Below, in pieces: positions 38,302 through 48,208 of a stretch of DNA of 64,000 nucleotides; position 1 is the stretch's first letter; every line of letters begins with the position of its first letter. The notes below the pieces were generated by a model. The model worked only from the letters and a program-made list of their open reading frames with translations, ran no database searches and had not been told where the DNA came from. Location: the NCBI GenBank assembly GCA_963720545.1, contig OY970399.1, positions 3,456,001 to 3,520,000 on the forward strand, in the 5' to 3' direction. A program made the position numbers and the translations under genes. Origin of the DNA: an uncultured Acidobacteriota bacterium. GTDB lineage: Bacteria; Acidobacteriota; Vicinamibacteria; Fen-336.

Positions 38302-38808
38302 TCATTGCTTGCGTGCCTCATCCACATCCTCATCGTCATCCAGCCGCCGATAGAGCCCGTGATGGTGCAGCAGCGGGCGGCCGCCGTCTACGGTGACGTG
38401 CGCGACTTCGCCGACGAACACCGAATGGTCGCCGCTTGGATACTGGCCGACCACGCGGCACTCGATGTGGGCCACCGCTCCCGGCACCAGCGGACAGCCG
38501 AGCTGCCCGCGCGGCAGCCCGCGGGTCGCGATGCGCCCGGCGTCGCCGGCCTCGGCGAAGCGCCGCGACCATTCCTCCTGGCCTTCGGCAAGGATGCTGG
38601 CCGCGAACACTCCGGAATGTCCGAGCACGGCGGCCGCATCAGCTGCGTTGCCGACGCAGACGAGCACCAGCGGCGGCTCTAGGCTGACCGCCGCGAAGGC
38701 GCTGACCGTGAGGCCGGCGCCATCGCCCTCGGCATCTGCAGTGGTGACGACGGCGACTCCCGAGGCGAACTGGCCGAGGGCGTGGCGAAACGCCGCGGCG
38801 CCGACCAC
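38302..38808 (-). CDS. Flavin reductase family protein
   Basis: 'FRHALGQFASGVAVVT', 'VSLEPPLVLVC', 'GDHSVFVGEV'; start approximate. Confidence 0.88.
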   Translation of the reverse strand: MVGAAAFRHALGQFASGVAVVTTADAEGDGAGLTVSAFAAVSLEPPLVLVCVGNAADAAAVLGHSGVFAASILAEGQEEWSRRFAEAGDAGRIATRGLPRGQLGCPLVPGAVAHIECRVVGQYPSGDHSVFVGEVAHVTVDGGRPLLHHHGLYRRLDDDEDVDEARKQ

Positions 38809-38834
38809 CGGCTTGCTGTCCGCGCCGCCTGGCT

Positions 38835-39857
38835 TCAGGCCTCGCCCCGGCCGCGGTAGAGCGCGAGCTGGCCCGACGCCATCCCCACGCGCAGCGCGAT
38901 CCTTGCGAACACCAGCAATTGCGCCAGGGCCAGTGCGACGAGCTGCGTCTTGTACCCGGTGACTTCCCATCGGTTGTCGATGACGCTCCAGAGCGCGAGC
39001 AACAGGCCGCCGCAGAGCAGGATCGCCCCGTAGTGTGACACGACCCGCACCAGCCGCGACACGCAGAAAGACCACGCGGAGGCCCACGCGAGCACCGCGC
39101 TCGAGCGCTCCTCGAGCACCGTGATGGCGCGTGCATAACCCGCCACCATGTGCACCAGCAGCACGAGGGCCAGCAGGACCGCATAGCGGCCGAACGACCA
39201 GGCGAGCGCGGTGCGTTCCGACACCGCTTCCCGCGCCATCGAGTCGGCGAAGCGGCCGAACGGCACGTTGAGCGCGAACAGCACCCAGTCGAGGGCGAGT
39301 GCTATGAGCGCGATGCGCGCGAAGCGGCCGAAGTAGAAGCCGGAGCCGTGGAAGAGAGACCGCATGGTCCAGTGCGAGCGCGGCCGGCGCAGCGACGCGT
39401 AGATGCCGCCGGCGAGGAACACCTGGAGCACCATGTAGGCGAGGCCGAGCGCGAGGATGCTGCCGTCGAGCGCGTCGTCGTCCTCGTCGTCGGCGCCGTC
39501 CTGCCCGCCGCGGAAATGCAGGAACCCCGCCGGCAGGTCGCCGCGCAGCAGGTGGTTGAGGTTCTTGAAGGCGAAGCCGCGCCCGAAGATCGCGGGCGTG
39601 AACGACTTCTCGGCGCCCCGCGCCTCTTGGTCCTTGAAATGGTCCCACCACGGGAAGTCGAACCCGTACATCATCGTCTCTCCCGAACCGCGGTTGCGGA
39701 ACGAGCTTTCGAGAGCGGTGGTGAGCGGCGCCGCCAGCATTGCCGCCATCGCGATATTGATGACGAGCAGCAGCGCCACCAGGCCCGGGTTGCGGCGCAC
39801 GGCGGCAATGCCTTCGGCGAGGGCATCCTTCGCGGTCAGTCCGTTTGGCATCTTCAT
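38835..39857 (-). CDS. Hypothetical membrane protein coupled to the M1 peptidase
   Basis: ATGA overlap with the M1 gene; about 6 TM segments. Confidence 0.7.
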   Translation of the reverse strand: MKMPNGLTAKDALAEGIAAVRRNPGLVALLLVINIAMAAMLAAPLTTALESSFRNRGSGETMMYGFDFPWWDHFKDQEARGAEKSFTPAIFGRGFAFKNLNHLLRGDLPAGFLHFRGGQDGADDEDDDALDGSILALGLAYMVLQVFLAGGIYASLRRPRSHWTMRSLFHGSGFYFGRFARIALIALALDWVLFALNVPFGRFADSMAREAVSERTALAWSFGRYAVLLALVLLVHMVAGYARAITVLEERSSAVLAWASAWSFCVSRLVRVVSHYGAILLCGGLLLALWSVIDNRWEVTGYKTQLVALALAQLLVFARIALRVGMASGQLALYRGRGEA

Positions 39858-41971
39858 CCCAGCACCACGTGCAATTCGAGCAGGTTCTGGAGCCACAGCA
39901 GGTACTTGGCGCCCCACTTGGTCGCCGCGCGGCGCGCCGTGCCCTTCTCTTCGATCCAGGTGTTGTTGGCGGGATCGACGTCGATCATGAGCTTGCGTTC
40001 GGGATCGATCACCGCACGCACCACCTTTGGTCCGCCGGGATAGCGGAACCGCGTCCAGCGGTCCTTGCCGTCCCAGTGCTCGAGCTTGCGCGAGCCATCG
40101 GCGAACTCGATGAGGACCCCGGCCGGCATGCGCACGTCGCCAAGCCGCTGCACGGTGACCTCGGCATCCCACGTCTTCGCCTTGTCGTCGCGCTTCGGCG
40201 GGATCGTCACCGTTGGTTCCGGCGCGCCGATGTCGGCAAATCCCTCGAGCTGGCGGCTGGCCGTGTTCTTCGCGCTCACCTTGTAGTCGAGCAGCGAGCT
40301 GCTGTACCAGGTCTCGGCGAAGTACCAGCTGTAGTCGGAGCCGGTGACCTCGTTGACCGTGGCGATGAAGTCGGCGGTGGTCGGGTGCTTGAAGCGCCAG
40401 CGCCGCGCGTAGGTGCGCAGGATGCGCGTCATGGTTTCGTCGCCCACCAGGTTTTCGAGCGTCTGCAGCGTGATCGCCGGCTTGCCGTAGGAGTTGAGCG
40501 TGTAGGCGCCGACCGTGCGGTAGTCCCACGAACGGCGCGCCATCACATCCACCTCGCCGTTGCGGCGCAGGTTGCCGATGTCGTTCTCGCCGCGGGCAAT
40601 GCGCACCCCCGGCGCCACCACGGCAATGCCGCTGCGCTGGCCGCGGCCCGGCACGTTGACACCGAAATAGCGGGTGCCCCAGCCTTCCGGACCGAGCGCG
40701 ATGCGCTGCGACTTCTCGTCGTGGTAGCTGTTGAAGCCCTCGTCGAGCCACGCTTCCTCGAACTCGTTGTTGCCAACGAGCCCGTACCAGAATTGATGGC
40801 CGGCTTCGTGCACGGTGACGCTCTCCGGACTCATGAGGGCCGGCGGTGCGAACAGGTAGGCGCCGCCGGTCAGCAGCGTCGGATACTCCATGCCGCCCGA
40901 CGCCGAGCGCCACGCCGGATCGATCACGGTGATGTTGGGGTAGGGGTACGGCGCGCCCCACGTGCCGTAACTGCGCAGCGCGATGCGCACCGACTCGAAG
41001 TAGCGCGCTTCGAGAAACGCGTGCTCGGGCTGCAGCAGCAGGCGCATGTCGACAGGCGGGTAGCCCGGATCGTCGAACTTCGCGTGCCGGTCGAGGTAGC
41101 GGCGGCTCGCGGTCCAGGCGAAGTCGTGGACGTCGGCCTGCTTGAAGCGCAGCGTCTGTGTGCCGTCCGCCGCATCCTTCTGTTCCTGCAGCGCGCCGGT
41201 GGCGCCGACCACGAAGCCCTGCGGCACCGTCAGGGTCACGTCGTAGACGCCGTAGTCGGCGAAGAACTCGCTGAATGGATGGAATTCGTGCGCGTTCCAG
41301 TCGCCCTTCCAGAAGACGCCGATCTTGGGGAACCACTGCACGATGAAGTTGTAGTCGTGCACCCAGCCGGCGCGGCCGACGTCGCCGTAGGGGACGCGCG
41401 AGTTCCATTCGATACGGAAGCGCGCCGCGGCACCCGGGGCGACAGGCGTAGGCGTGCGCAGCTCCATGACGGTGCGGTCCTCGGCCGGGCCGCCGTCTGG
41501 ATGGATATAGCGCAGCGTCGGCGTGAGGTCGGTTTCGCCCACGCCGTCCAGCAGCGCAGCCCTGGTAACGCGAGTGAACCCGTAGGCGCGGGTGCGTAGC
41601 TCGCCCGTGCCGTCGTTGCGCGGCGAGCGCCGGCCTTCGCCGCGCGCCGACGTCGAGAGGTTGTTGGCGAACGCGTTCCAATAGAGATGGAAAGGGAAGC
41701 GGTCGAGCGCGACGCCCGAAGTGTTGCGCCACTCGAGCACCAGGCTGCCGTCGATCGTGTGCTTGTCGGGATCGAGGCGCGCCGCGATGGTGTAGTTCGC
41801 GTTTCGTTCCGACTGTGTGGGCAGAGGCGGCAGCGCTGGATCGTTCGGGTCCGGCATCGGCGGCAGACCTTTGGCGGTCAGGTTCGCGCTGGAGGTTGGC
41901 GACGGCGCCAGCGCCGAGAACAAGGCAGCGGCGAGAAGCAGCATGCAGGCGGCGGCAGCGCGGCGATTCAC
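39854..41971 (-). CDS. M1 family metallopeptidase, exported
   Basis: 'GGMEYP', HEAGH-x18-E ('WLDEGFNSY'); signal peptide; GTG start overlaps the upstream stop. Confidence 0.92.
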   Translation of the reverse strand: MNRRAAAACMLLLAAALFSALAPSPTSSANLTAKGLPPMPDPNDPALPPLPTQSERNANYTIAARLDPDKHTIDGSLVLEWRNTSGVALDRFPFHLYWNAFANNLSTSARGEGRRSPRNDGTGELRTRAYGFTRVTRAALLDGVGETDLTPTLRYIHPDGGPAEDRTVMELRTPTPVAPGAAARFRIEWNSRVPYGDVGRAGWVHDYNFIVQWFPKIGVFWKGDWNAHEFHPFSEFFADYGVYDVTLTVPQGFVVGATGALQEQKDAADGTQTLRFKQADVHDFAWTASRRYLDRHAKFDDPGYPPVDMRLLLQPEHAFLEARYFESVRIALRSYGTWGAPYPYPNITVIDPAWRSASGGMEYPTLLTGGAYLFAPPALMSPESVTVHEAGHQFWYGLVGNNEFEEAWLDEGFNSYHDEKSQRIALGPEGWGTRYFGVNVPGRGQRSGIAVVAPGVRIARGENDIGNLRRNGEVDVMARRSWDYRTVGAYTLNSYGKPAITLQTLENLVGDETMTRILRTYARRWRFKHPTTADFIATVNEVTGSDYSWYFAETWYSSSLLDYKVSAKNTASRQLEGFADIGAPEPTVTIPPKRDDKAKTWDAEVTVQRLGDVRMPAGVLIEFADGSRKLEHWDGKDRWTRFRYPGGPKVVRAVIDPERKLMIDVDPANNTWIEEKGTARRAATKWGAKYLLWLQNLLELHVVLG

Positions 41972-44142
41972 AGCGCGCCTGCGGCGATCGCCTTCAGCTT
42001 CTCGGTCGCGCGCGAGAGCGCTGCGACCACCCGGCTGCGTTCGCTGTCGAACAGCGCCTTGTCCTTGTTTGACACAGCCTCCTGCAGGCCGGGGAACGGC
42101 CACGCGGCATAGCCGGTGGTGGTGCCCGGCGCAAACAGCACGTGCTTGAACCAGCCGCGCTTCGGCAGGCCGTCGGGATCGAGGAAGGCGCGCTCCACCG
42201 AAGCGAGCGCCTCGTTGAGGGCCACCGACACGCGCCCGGCCGCAACCGCGGCATCGACCGACTTGTCGGCAGCGGCGCCGGCCGCCTCGAACGCCGCGAG
42301 CGCCGCAACGACCGGCGCGAAGTCGAGGTCGAGCACGTCCTTCGCCTCGGCGGTGCGGTTCTTGCGGATCACCTGGCGGCGCAGCGCGTCGAGGTCGACC
42401 CGCAGCGACGAGCCGTAGTTCGAAAAGCGCAGCGGCACCGCATCGGCGCTCGACAGGCGCAGCGCCAGGATGCCGTAAAGGCGCGCCGCGGCTGTGTGGT
42501 AGAAGAACCCGGGATCGCCAAACTTGTCCATCCAGCGGAAGTTGTCGTAGACCGCGTGATAGACGCCGTAGGGGCCGTTGAAACTCATGTCCATCGACGG
42601 CACGCCTAGGTGGTCGAGGAATGCGGTGTAGTCGGAGCCGGAGCCGAGCGGATCGAGCCGCAGGTCGAACGGCTTGTCGGCGGCGTCGAGGCTGATGGGC
42701 GCCGCCTGCGACCACGACTCCTTCTCGTGCTTCTCCCAGGCGTCGAGCAGCGACCCGCCGCCCTTGGGTTCGCCCACGGCCGCGGCTGCCTCGCGCACCA
42801 CGTCGCGCAATGACGGCACGCCGCCGACATCGAGGTTGCGGCCGGTGGTTGCGGCGTCGAGGTTGACGTACGCGACGGCCTTGCCGAGCCTGGCCTGCTG
42901 GTCTTCCGCCCATTCGGTCGAGCCGACGAGGCCGTACTCTTCCGCGTCCCAGACCGCGAGCAGGATGGTGCGCCTCGGCTTCCAGCCGGCCTTGAGCGCC
43001 GCCGCCAGCCCGCGCGCTGTCTCGAGCATCGCCGCGGTGCCGGAGTTTGGGTCGACCGCGCCATGCGTCCACGCGTCGCGGTGGTTGCCGAGAATCACCA
43101 GCGCATCGGGTTCGGTGGTGCCGGGGATGCGCGCGATCACGTTGTAGATGGGCTTCAGACCCTCGTCCATCTCGACTTCCATCGCCACCGAAGATCCGCC
43201 CGGACCGACGTGGTAAGCGAAAGGCAGCCCGCCCTGCCACTCGTCCGGAACGCGCGGGCCGCCCATGTGGCGCAGGATCTTCTCGGCCTCGGCGTAGCTG
43301 ATGGGCAGCGACGGGATCTTCGGGACGTTCGTCATCTTGTCGCGTGTCAGGCGCTTGGCGCCGGCAGTGGAGGCAATGCCGCCGGGCGTCGACGGATCGC
43401 CGGGTCCGAGTGACAGGAATTGCACCGAGCCGCGCTGGATGCCGGACGGCGGGCGCATCGGGCCGTCGGGATAGACGTCGCCGCGCATGTAGCCGTCGTC
43501 GGCTGGATCGCTGAAGATGAGGACGCCGAGCGCGCCGTGATCCTGCGCTTCCTTCACCTTGAGGCCGCGGAAGATGTCGCCGTAGCGCACCAGCGCGATC
43601 TTGCCGGCGACGCTGATGCCCATCGAATCGAGCTGCTCGAAATCGGCGCGGCGCCCGTAGTTGACGTAGACCACCTGGCCTTCGGCCTTGCCGGAAGCGC
43701 CGTAACCGTGGAACGCGGGGAACACACCTTCCTTGCCCGAGTCCTTGTCGACGTCGTACGACTCTTCCATCAGCGACAGCTCGGCCTGGACCGGCGCCGT
43801 CAGCCGCAGGCTCTGGCTCTTCGGATGGTTGAGGAACACGTCGTACTTCACCATCTCGACCTCGAGGCCGAACTCCTTGAACCGGTCGCGCACGTACTCC
43901 GCGACTTTCTTCTCGGCGGGCGTGCCGGCGACGTGGCCGTCCTCAGTGAGGGCGAACAGCCACTTGCGCGCGTTGTCGGGCGTCGGCGTGTCGTAAAAGA
44001 CCTTCTCGATGCGCGCCGCCTCTGCCTTCGAGGCCGCCGAAAAACCGGTGAAGTCACCGGCGGGAAGCGACGCCGAGCCGGCCGCGAGAAGCAGTGCCGA
44101 GGAGAAGAGACCGCGCGCCACCATCATCCTGCGAAAAGCCAT
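41968..44142 (-). CDS. M28 family peptidase (glutamate carboxypeptidase II-like; PA and TFR-dimer domains)
   Basis: AAGGAG RBS; 'GNHRDAW', 'DPNSGTA', 'WDAEEYGLVGSTEW', 'LGSGSDY', 'YHAVYD'. Confidence 0.92.
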   Translation of the reverse strand: MAFRRMMVARGLFSSALLLAAGSASLPAGDFTGFSAASKAEAARIEKVFYDTPTPDNARKWLFALTEDGHVAGTPAEKKVAEYVRDRFKEFGLEVEMVKYDVFLNHPKSQSLRLTAPVQAELSLMEESYDVDKDSGKEGVFPAFHGYGASGKAEGQVVYVNYGRRADFEQLDSMGISVAGKIALVRYGDIFRGLKVKEAQDHGALGVLIFSDPADDGYMRGDVYPDGPMRPPSGIQRGSVQFLSLGPGDPSTPGGIASTAGAKRLTRDKMTNVPKIPSLPISYAEAEKILRHMGGPRVPDEWQGGLPFAYHVGPGGSSVAMEVEMDEGLKPIYNVIARIPGTTEPDALVILGNHRDAWTHGAVDPNSGTAAMLETARGLAAALKAGWKPRRTILLAVWDAEEYGLVGSTEWAEDQQARLGKAVAYVNLDAATTGRNLDVGGVPSLRDVVREAAAAVGEPKGGGSLLDAWEKHEKESWSQAAPISLDAADKPFDLRLDPLGSGSDYTAFLDHLGVPSMDMSFNGPYGVYHAVYDNFRWMDKFGDPGFFYHTAAARLYGILALRLSSADAVPLRFSNYGSSLRVDLDALRRQVIRKNRTAEAKDVLDLDFAPVVAALAAFEAAGAAADKSVDAAVAAGRVSVALNEALASVERAFLDPDGLPKRGWFKHVLFAPGTTTGYAAWPFPGLQEAVSNKDKALFDSERSRVVAALSRATEKLKAIAAGAL

Positions 44143-44291
44143 GGATCTCCTTTTTCGAAGTAGCAGAGTGTACATCCGTCTCCTCGCGCGCACCCTCGCG
44201 TGCGGGGCGCTCCCAACGACAAGTTCGTTCGCTTGAAGTGCTTCGCGTTCCCTGAAGCTGCCCGCCCAAACTCTCACCTCAGGGGCATTCA

Positions 44292-44315
44292 TCTACTGTG
44301 TCCGGACACAGTAGA
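44292..44315. repeat. 24-bp perfect palindrome inside a structured intergenic region
   Basis: TCTACTGTGTCC|GGACACAGTAGA. Confidence 0.9.
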
Positions 44316-44349
44316 GACTCTTCGGGCGGAAGCTGACGTACTGCCGCCC

Positions 44350-45705
44350 TCAGAGATGCGGCTCTCGCCACTCCGGCGGGGTGATGCGCAAGCGCGGGTT
44401 CGCCGGGTCCTTTGGCCACAGCGTGCACGTCACCGTGCGATGCGCTTCGTCCTCGCGCTCGCAGTAAGGACAGAACACGCACTCGCGCATTGCCGCGTCC
44501 TCGCCCGCGAGCCACTTCCGCGGCAGGTCCGGATCCGCCAGGATCGCGCGCGCCATGCCCACCAGGTCCGCGCGCGACTCGGCCAGCACGGACTCCGCCT
44601 GCGCGAACGTCCAGATGCGGCCCGACGCGACCACCGGCACCTCATAGCCCGCCGCGCGCACGGCGGCGCGCACCCGCGTCGCCAGCGGCACGTTCACGCC
44701 CCAGGGTTCGCCCTTGCGCCGGGGGATACAGCAATGGCCGCTGTTGCCGGTGTACGGGTACATCGCGGTGCCAACCTCCGGCTGGCGCGCGTCCTCGAAC
44801 TTGCCGCCGCGCGAGATCGAGAGGAAGTCGAGCCCCGCCGCGCAGAGCGCGACGCCGATCTGCGCCGCATCTTCCATTGTGTTGCCGACAATGGTGCCGT
44901 CCTCCGCCAGGATGTCTTCGGAGCCGAGGTAGCGGCAGCCCACCACGAACCCGGGGCCGACGGCGGCGCGCACCGCCGCGATCACCTCGCGCGGCAGCCG
45001 CATGCGGTTCTCGAAGCTGCCGCCGTACGCGTCGCGCCGGCCGTTCAGCACCGAGAGGAACTGCGCCATCGTGTACGCGTGCGCAAAATGCAGCTCGACG
45101 CCGTCGAAGCCGCACTGCTGTGCGCGCCGCGCCGCGGCGGCGAACAAGTCGGGGAGCCTGCGAATCTCCGCAATGTCGAGATCCTCGATCGTCTGCCGAT
45201 AGCCGTAGCGGAAATCGTGCAGCGCGCGCGGCGCCAGGAATTCCGCGGCCCGCGCCTCGAACTCGGCATCGCTGAGCGCGAGCACCGCGGCAGCCAGCGA
45301 CCCGCGCGCGACGCTCGCCTCGAGATAGTCGCGGGTCGCCTTGCGCGTCGCGATCTTGAGGAAGTCGATGAGCTGCGGCACGATCAGCGAGCGACCGTTC
45401 AGCGCACGCATCTCGCCGACCAGGGAGCGCAACCCCGGGATGAAGCGGTCGTCGCCGAGGCGCAGCAGCGGGCCGCTCTTCACGTCGCGGACGCCGATCG
45501 CCTCGAGCACCATCATGCCCGCGCCGCCGGCCGCATAGCGCGCATAGATCTCGCGCACCGAATCGGTCACGTAGCCGTCTTCGCTGCCGCGCCAGGTGAC
45601 CATGGCGGGCAGCCAGATGCGGTTGGGCAATGTCAGCCCGCCGCGACCGAGCGGCATGGGGGTGAAAAGCCGCGACCCGGCGCGCGGCAAAGGCGCAGCC
45701 GTCAA
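44350..45705 (-). CDS. NADH:flavin oxidoreductase (Old Yellow Enzyme family) with a C-terminal Fe-S motif
   Basis: 'NRIWLPAMVT', 'GFDGVELHFAHAY', 'YGGSFENRMR', 'ARAILADPD', CxxCxxC-x11-C. Confidence 0.88.
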   Translation of the reverse strand: MTAAPLPRAGSRLFTPMPLGRGGLTLPNRIWLPAMVTWRGSEDGYVTDSVREIYARYAAGGAGMMVLEAIGVRDVKSGPLLRLGDDRFIPGLRSLVGEMRALNGRSLIVPQLIDFLKIATRKATRDYLEASVARGSLAAAVLALSDAEFEARAAEFLAPRALHDFRYGYRQTIEDLDIAEIRRLPDLFAAAARRAQQCGFDGVELHFAHAYTMAQFLSVLNGRRDAYGGSFENRMRLPREVIAAVRAAVGPGFVVGCRYLGSEDILAEDGTIVGNTMEDAAQIGVALCAAGLDFLSISRGGKFEDARQPEVGTAMYPYTGNSGHCCIPRRKGEPWGVNVPLATRVRAAVRAAGYEVPVVASGRIWTFAQAESVLAESRADLVGMARAILADPDLPRKWLAGEDAAMRECVFCPYCEREDEAHRTVTCTLWPKDPANPRLRITPPEWREPHL

Positions 45706-46244
45706 GACTCGTCGAAGGTGCGCTTCCGCTTCATGCTCGGCCGCCCGGTGGCCTCGTCGCCGCCGTCTTCATCGTCGGCGTCTCCGCCAACTTCATCGCG
45801 GTTGCCGTGCCCGTCGTCATAGCCGCCGCCAACCTCGGCATCGCGGTCCAGCAGGCGCCGCGCCAGCGAGTCGAGCCGCGAACGATCGAGCGGCGAACCC
45901 TCGCGATACCCGGTGAGGATGTCCTCGAGCCGGCTCGTGCGCCGCACCAGCCCGGCGATCTCGCCGAGCGTCAGCACCGCGCCGTCCGTGGCCGCCTCGG
46001 CAAATCCCTTCTCGCTGCCGTAGACGCCGAGCACGTCCACCAGGTAAGCGCTCAGGCTGTCGGCGGCGTTCACCAGCTCTTCCTGGATCAGGTTCTCCTG
46101 GACGATCTTGAGCGCGTCCTCGATGTCTTCGTCGTTGAAGTCCTCGCGAAAACGGTCCCAGGCATCGGGCGAGAGAATCAGGCCTTCCTCGCCCTCGTCG
46201 GCTTCGCTCGCCACCTCGGCACACAAGTCGATGAAGCGGCCCAT
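45702..46244 (-). CDS. Hypothetical acidic protein
   Basis: GGAG RBS; host-like codon usage; stop overlaps the OYE start. Confidence 0.7.
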   Translation of the reverse strand: MGRFIDLCAEVASEADEGEEGLILSPDAWDRFREDFNDEDIEDALKIVQENLIQEELVNAADSLSAYLVDVLGVYGSEKGFAEAATDGAVLTLGEIAGLVRRTSRLEDILTGYREGSPLDRSRLDSLARRLLDRDAEVGGGYDDGHGNRDEVGGDADDEDGGDEATGRPSMKRKRTFDES

Positions 46245-46268
46245 TTCAGGAACTCCGGTCCATGTCGT

Positions 46269-47396
46269 CTACCCCTGTGGTGCGCGCAGCAACTCGCGCG
46301 CGATGATCAGCTTCTGGATCTCGCTCGTGCCTTCGTAGATGCGCAGCGCGCGCACTTCGCGGTACAGCCGCTCCACCGTCGATCCTCGCACGACCCCGGC
46401 CCCGCCGTGCAGCTGCACGGCGCGGTCCACGATCCGCTGCGCGGCCTCGGTTGCGAACAGCTTGGCGGTGGACCCCGCCAGCGCCGCACCCCCGCCGCCC
46501 TCCGCGGCCGCGACCGCCCGCAGCACCAGCGCCCGCGCCGCGTCGAGGTCGACGCTCATCTCGGCGAGCGCGGATTGCGTCGCCTGGAACTCGGCGAGCG
46601 CCTTGCCGAACTGGCGGCGCGTGGCGGTCCACGTGAGCGCTTCGTCGAGCGCCCGCATCGCAAGACCGCAAGCGGCGGCGCCGACCGTGGGCCGGAACGC
46701 CGCGAGAGTCTCGAGCGCCAGCTGGTAGCCGGCGCCGGCCGTGCCAACCAGCGCCGCACGCACTCCCGCGAACGAGATGCGGCCGAGCGGGTGCGGCGCC
46801 AGCATCTCGAGCGGTTCGACGCGCAGGCCGGCGGCCGCCGCCTCCACCAGGAACATCGACAAACCGCGCGAGCCGTCGTCGCTGGTGCGCGCCAGCACCG
46901 TGTAGAAGTCGGCGATGCCGGCGTTCGAGATGAACACCTTTTCGCCATCGAGGCGGAAGGCGTCGCCGTCAGCCGCAGCGCGCGTCGCGACCGCGCCGAG
47001 GTCCGAACCGGCCTCGGGCTCCGTGACGGCAAACGCAGCGATCGCACTGCCGCCCGCAACCCGGGGCAGCCACGTGTCCCTCTGCGCAGCTGAGCCGGCG
47101 AGCGCCACGGCGTGCGAGCCGAGGCCCTGCATCACGAACGCGGTGTCGGCAAGCGACGACTCGTAGGCGAACGCCTCGCGCAGCGTCGCCATGTCGCGCA
47201 GCGAATGGCGGCCGTGCGGCGCCGGCACGGTGTACGCGAGATAACCTGCACTGCCCAGCAGTGAAACGAACCGCCGCGTCGTGCCGCCGGGATCGCCCTC
47301 GCCCTCCGCGAGCGTCAGCGGGCGGATGCGCGCCGCGCCAAACTGCCGCGCCTCGGCGCGCAGCGCGGCGTTCGGCGAGAGATCGTCGGGACGCAC
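46269..47396 (-). CDS. Acyl-CoA dehydrogenase (AbmD-like)
   Basis: 'FAVTEPEAGSD', 'GEKVFISNA', 'RRQFG', 'RALRIYEGTSEIQ'. Confidence 0.92.
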   Translation of the reverse strand: MRPDDLSPNAALRAEARQFGAARIRPLTLAEGEGDPGGTTRRFVSLLGSAGYLAYTVPAPHGRHSLRDMATLREAFAYESSLADTAFVMQGLGSHAVALAGSAAQRDTWLPRVAGGSAIAAFAVTEPEAGSDLGAVATRAAADGDAFRLDGEKVFISNAGIADFYTVLARTSDDGSRGLSMFLVEAAAAGLRVEPLEMLAPHPLGRISFAGVRAALVGTAGAGYQLALETLAAFRPTVGAAACGLAMRALDEALTWTATRRQFGKALAEFQATQSALAEMSVDLDAARALVLRAVAAAEGGGGAALAGSTAKLFATEAAQRIVDRAVQLHGGAGVVRGSTVERLYREVRALRIYEGTSEIQKLIIARELLRAPQG

Positions 47397-47401
47397 GCGC
47401 G

Positions 47402-48208
47402 CTACTCCGGCGCGCCCTCGAAGCGCGGCTTGCGCTTCTCGAGGAACGCGCGATGCCCTTCGGCGAAGTCGGGCCCGCTCATCAGCTCGCCCTGCACGCG
47501 CGCCTCGTACTCGAGCGCCTGCGCCAGGCTCATCGCCGCTTCATCGTCGAGCGCTCGCTTGGTCGCGGCGAGGCCGCGTGCCGGGCCTCGGCCAAGCGCC
47601 TGCGCCAGTGCCTCGGCAGCGCCGGCGAGCGCGTCCGCCGGCACCACCTTGTTATAGAGGCCGATGCGCAGCGCCTCCTGAGCTTCGATGAAGTCGCCGG
47701 TCATCAGCAGTTCGCTGGCGCGGCCGAGGCCGACGAGCCGCGGCAGCAGCAGGCACATCCCCATGTCGGCGCCCGCCAGGCCCACCTTCACGAACACGAA
47801 GCCGATGCGCGCCGCCTCGCTCGCGAGCCGGATGTCCGCCGCCACCGCGATCGCGGCACCGGCGCCGGCAACGACGCCGTTCAGCACCGCCACCACCGGC
47901 TGCGGCGCCGCGCGCATCGCCGCGATCAGCGCGCAGGTCATGCGGGTGAACTCCTGCAGCTCGTCCTGGCCGCGGCCAAGAAGCGGACCGATGATCTCGC
48001 GCACGTCGCCGCCGGTGCAGAAAGCGCGGCCGCTGCCGGTGAGGGTGACGCAGCGCAGGTCGCGGCGCGCGGGCAGTGCGGCGAAGTACGCGGTCAGTTC
48101 CGAGTACACCTCGAACGTCAGGCTGTTGAGCGAGTCGGGACGGGTGAACGTGAGGCGCGCGATGCCGCCTTTCTCGACGCAGGCGAAGCTGCGCGGCGAA
48201 GCGCTCAT
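47402..48208 (-). CDS. Enoyl-CoA hydratase family (AbmC-like)
   Basis: 'NSLTFEVY', 'AFCTGGDV', 'VGLAGADMG', 'LPRLVGLGRASELL'. Confidence 0.92.
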   Translation of the reverse strand: MSASPRSFACVEKGGIARLTFTRPDSLNSLTFEVYSELTAYFAALPARRDLRCVTLTGSGRAFCTGGDVREIIGPLLGRGQDELQEFTRMTCALIAAMRAAPQPVVAVLNGVVAGAGAAIAVAADIRLASEAARIGFVFVKVGLAGADMGMCLLLPRLVGLGRASELLMTGDFIEAQEALRIGLYNKVVPADALAGAAEALAQALGRGPARGLAATKRALDDEAAMSLAQALEYEARVQGELMSGPDFAEGHRAFLEKRKPRFEGAPE

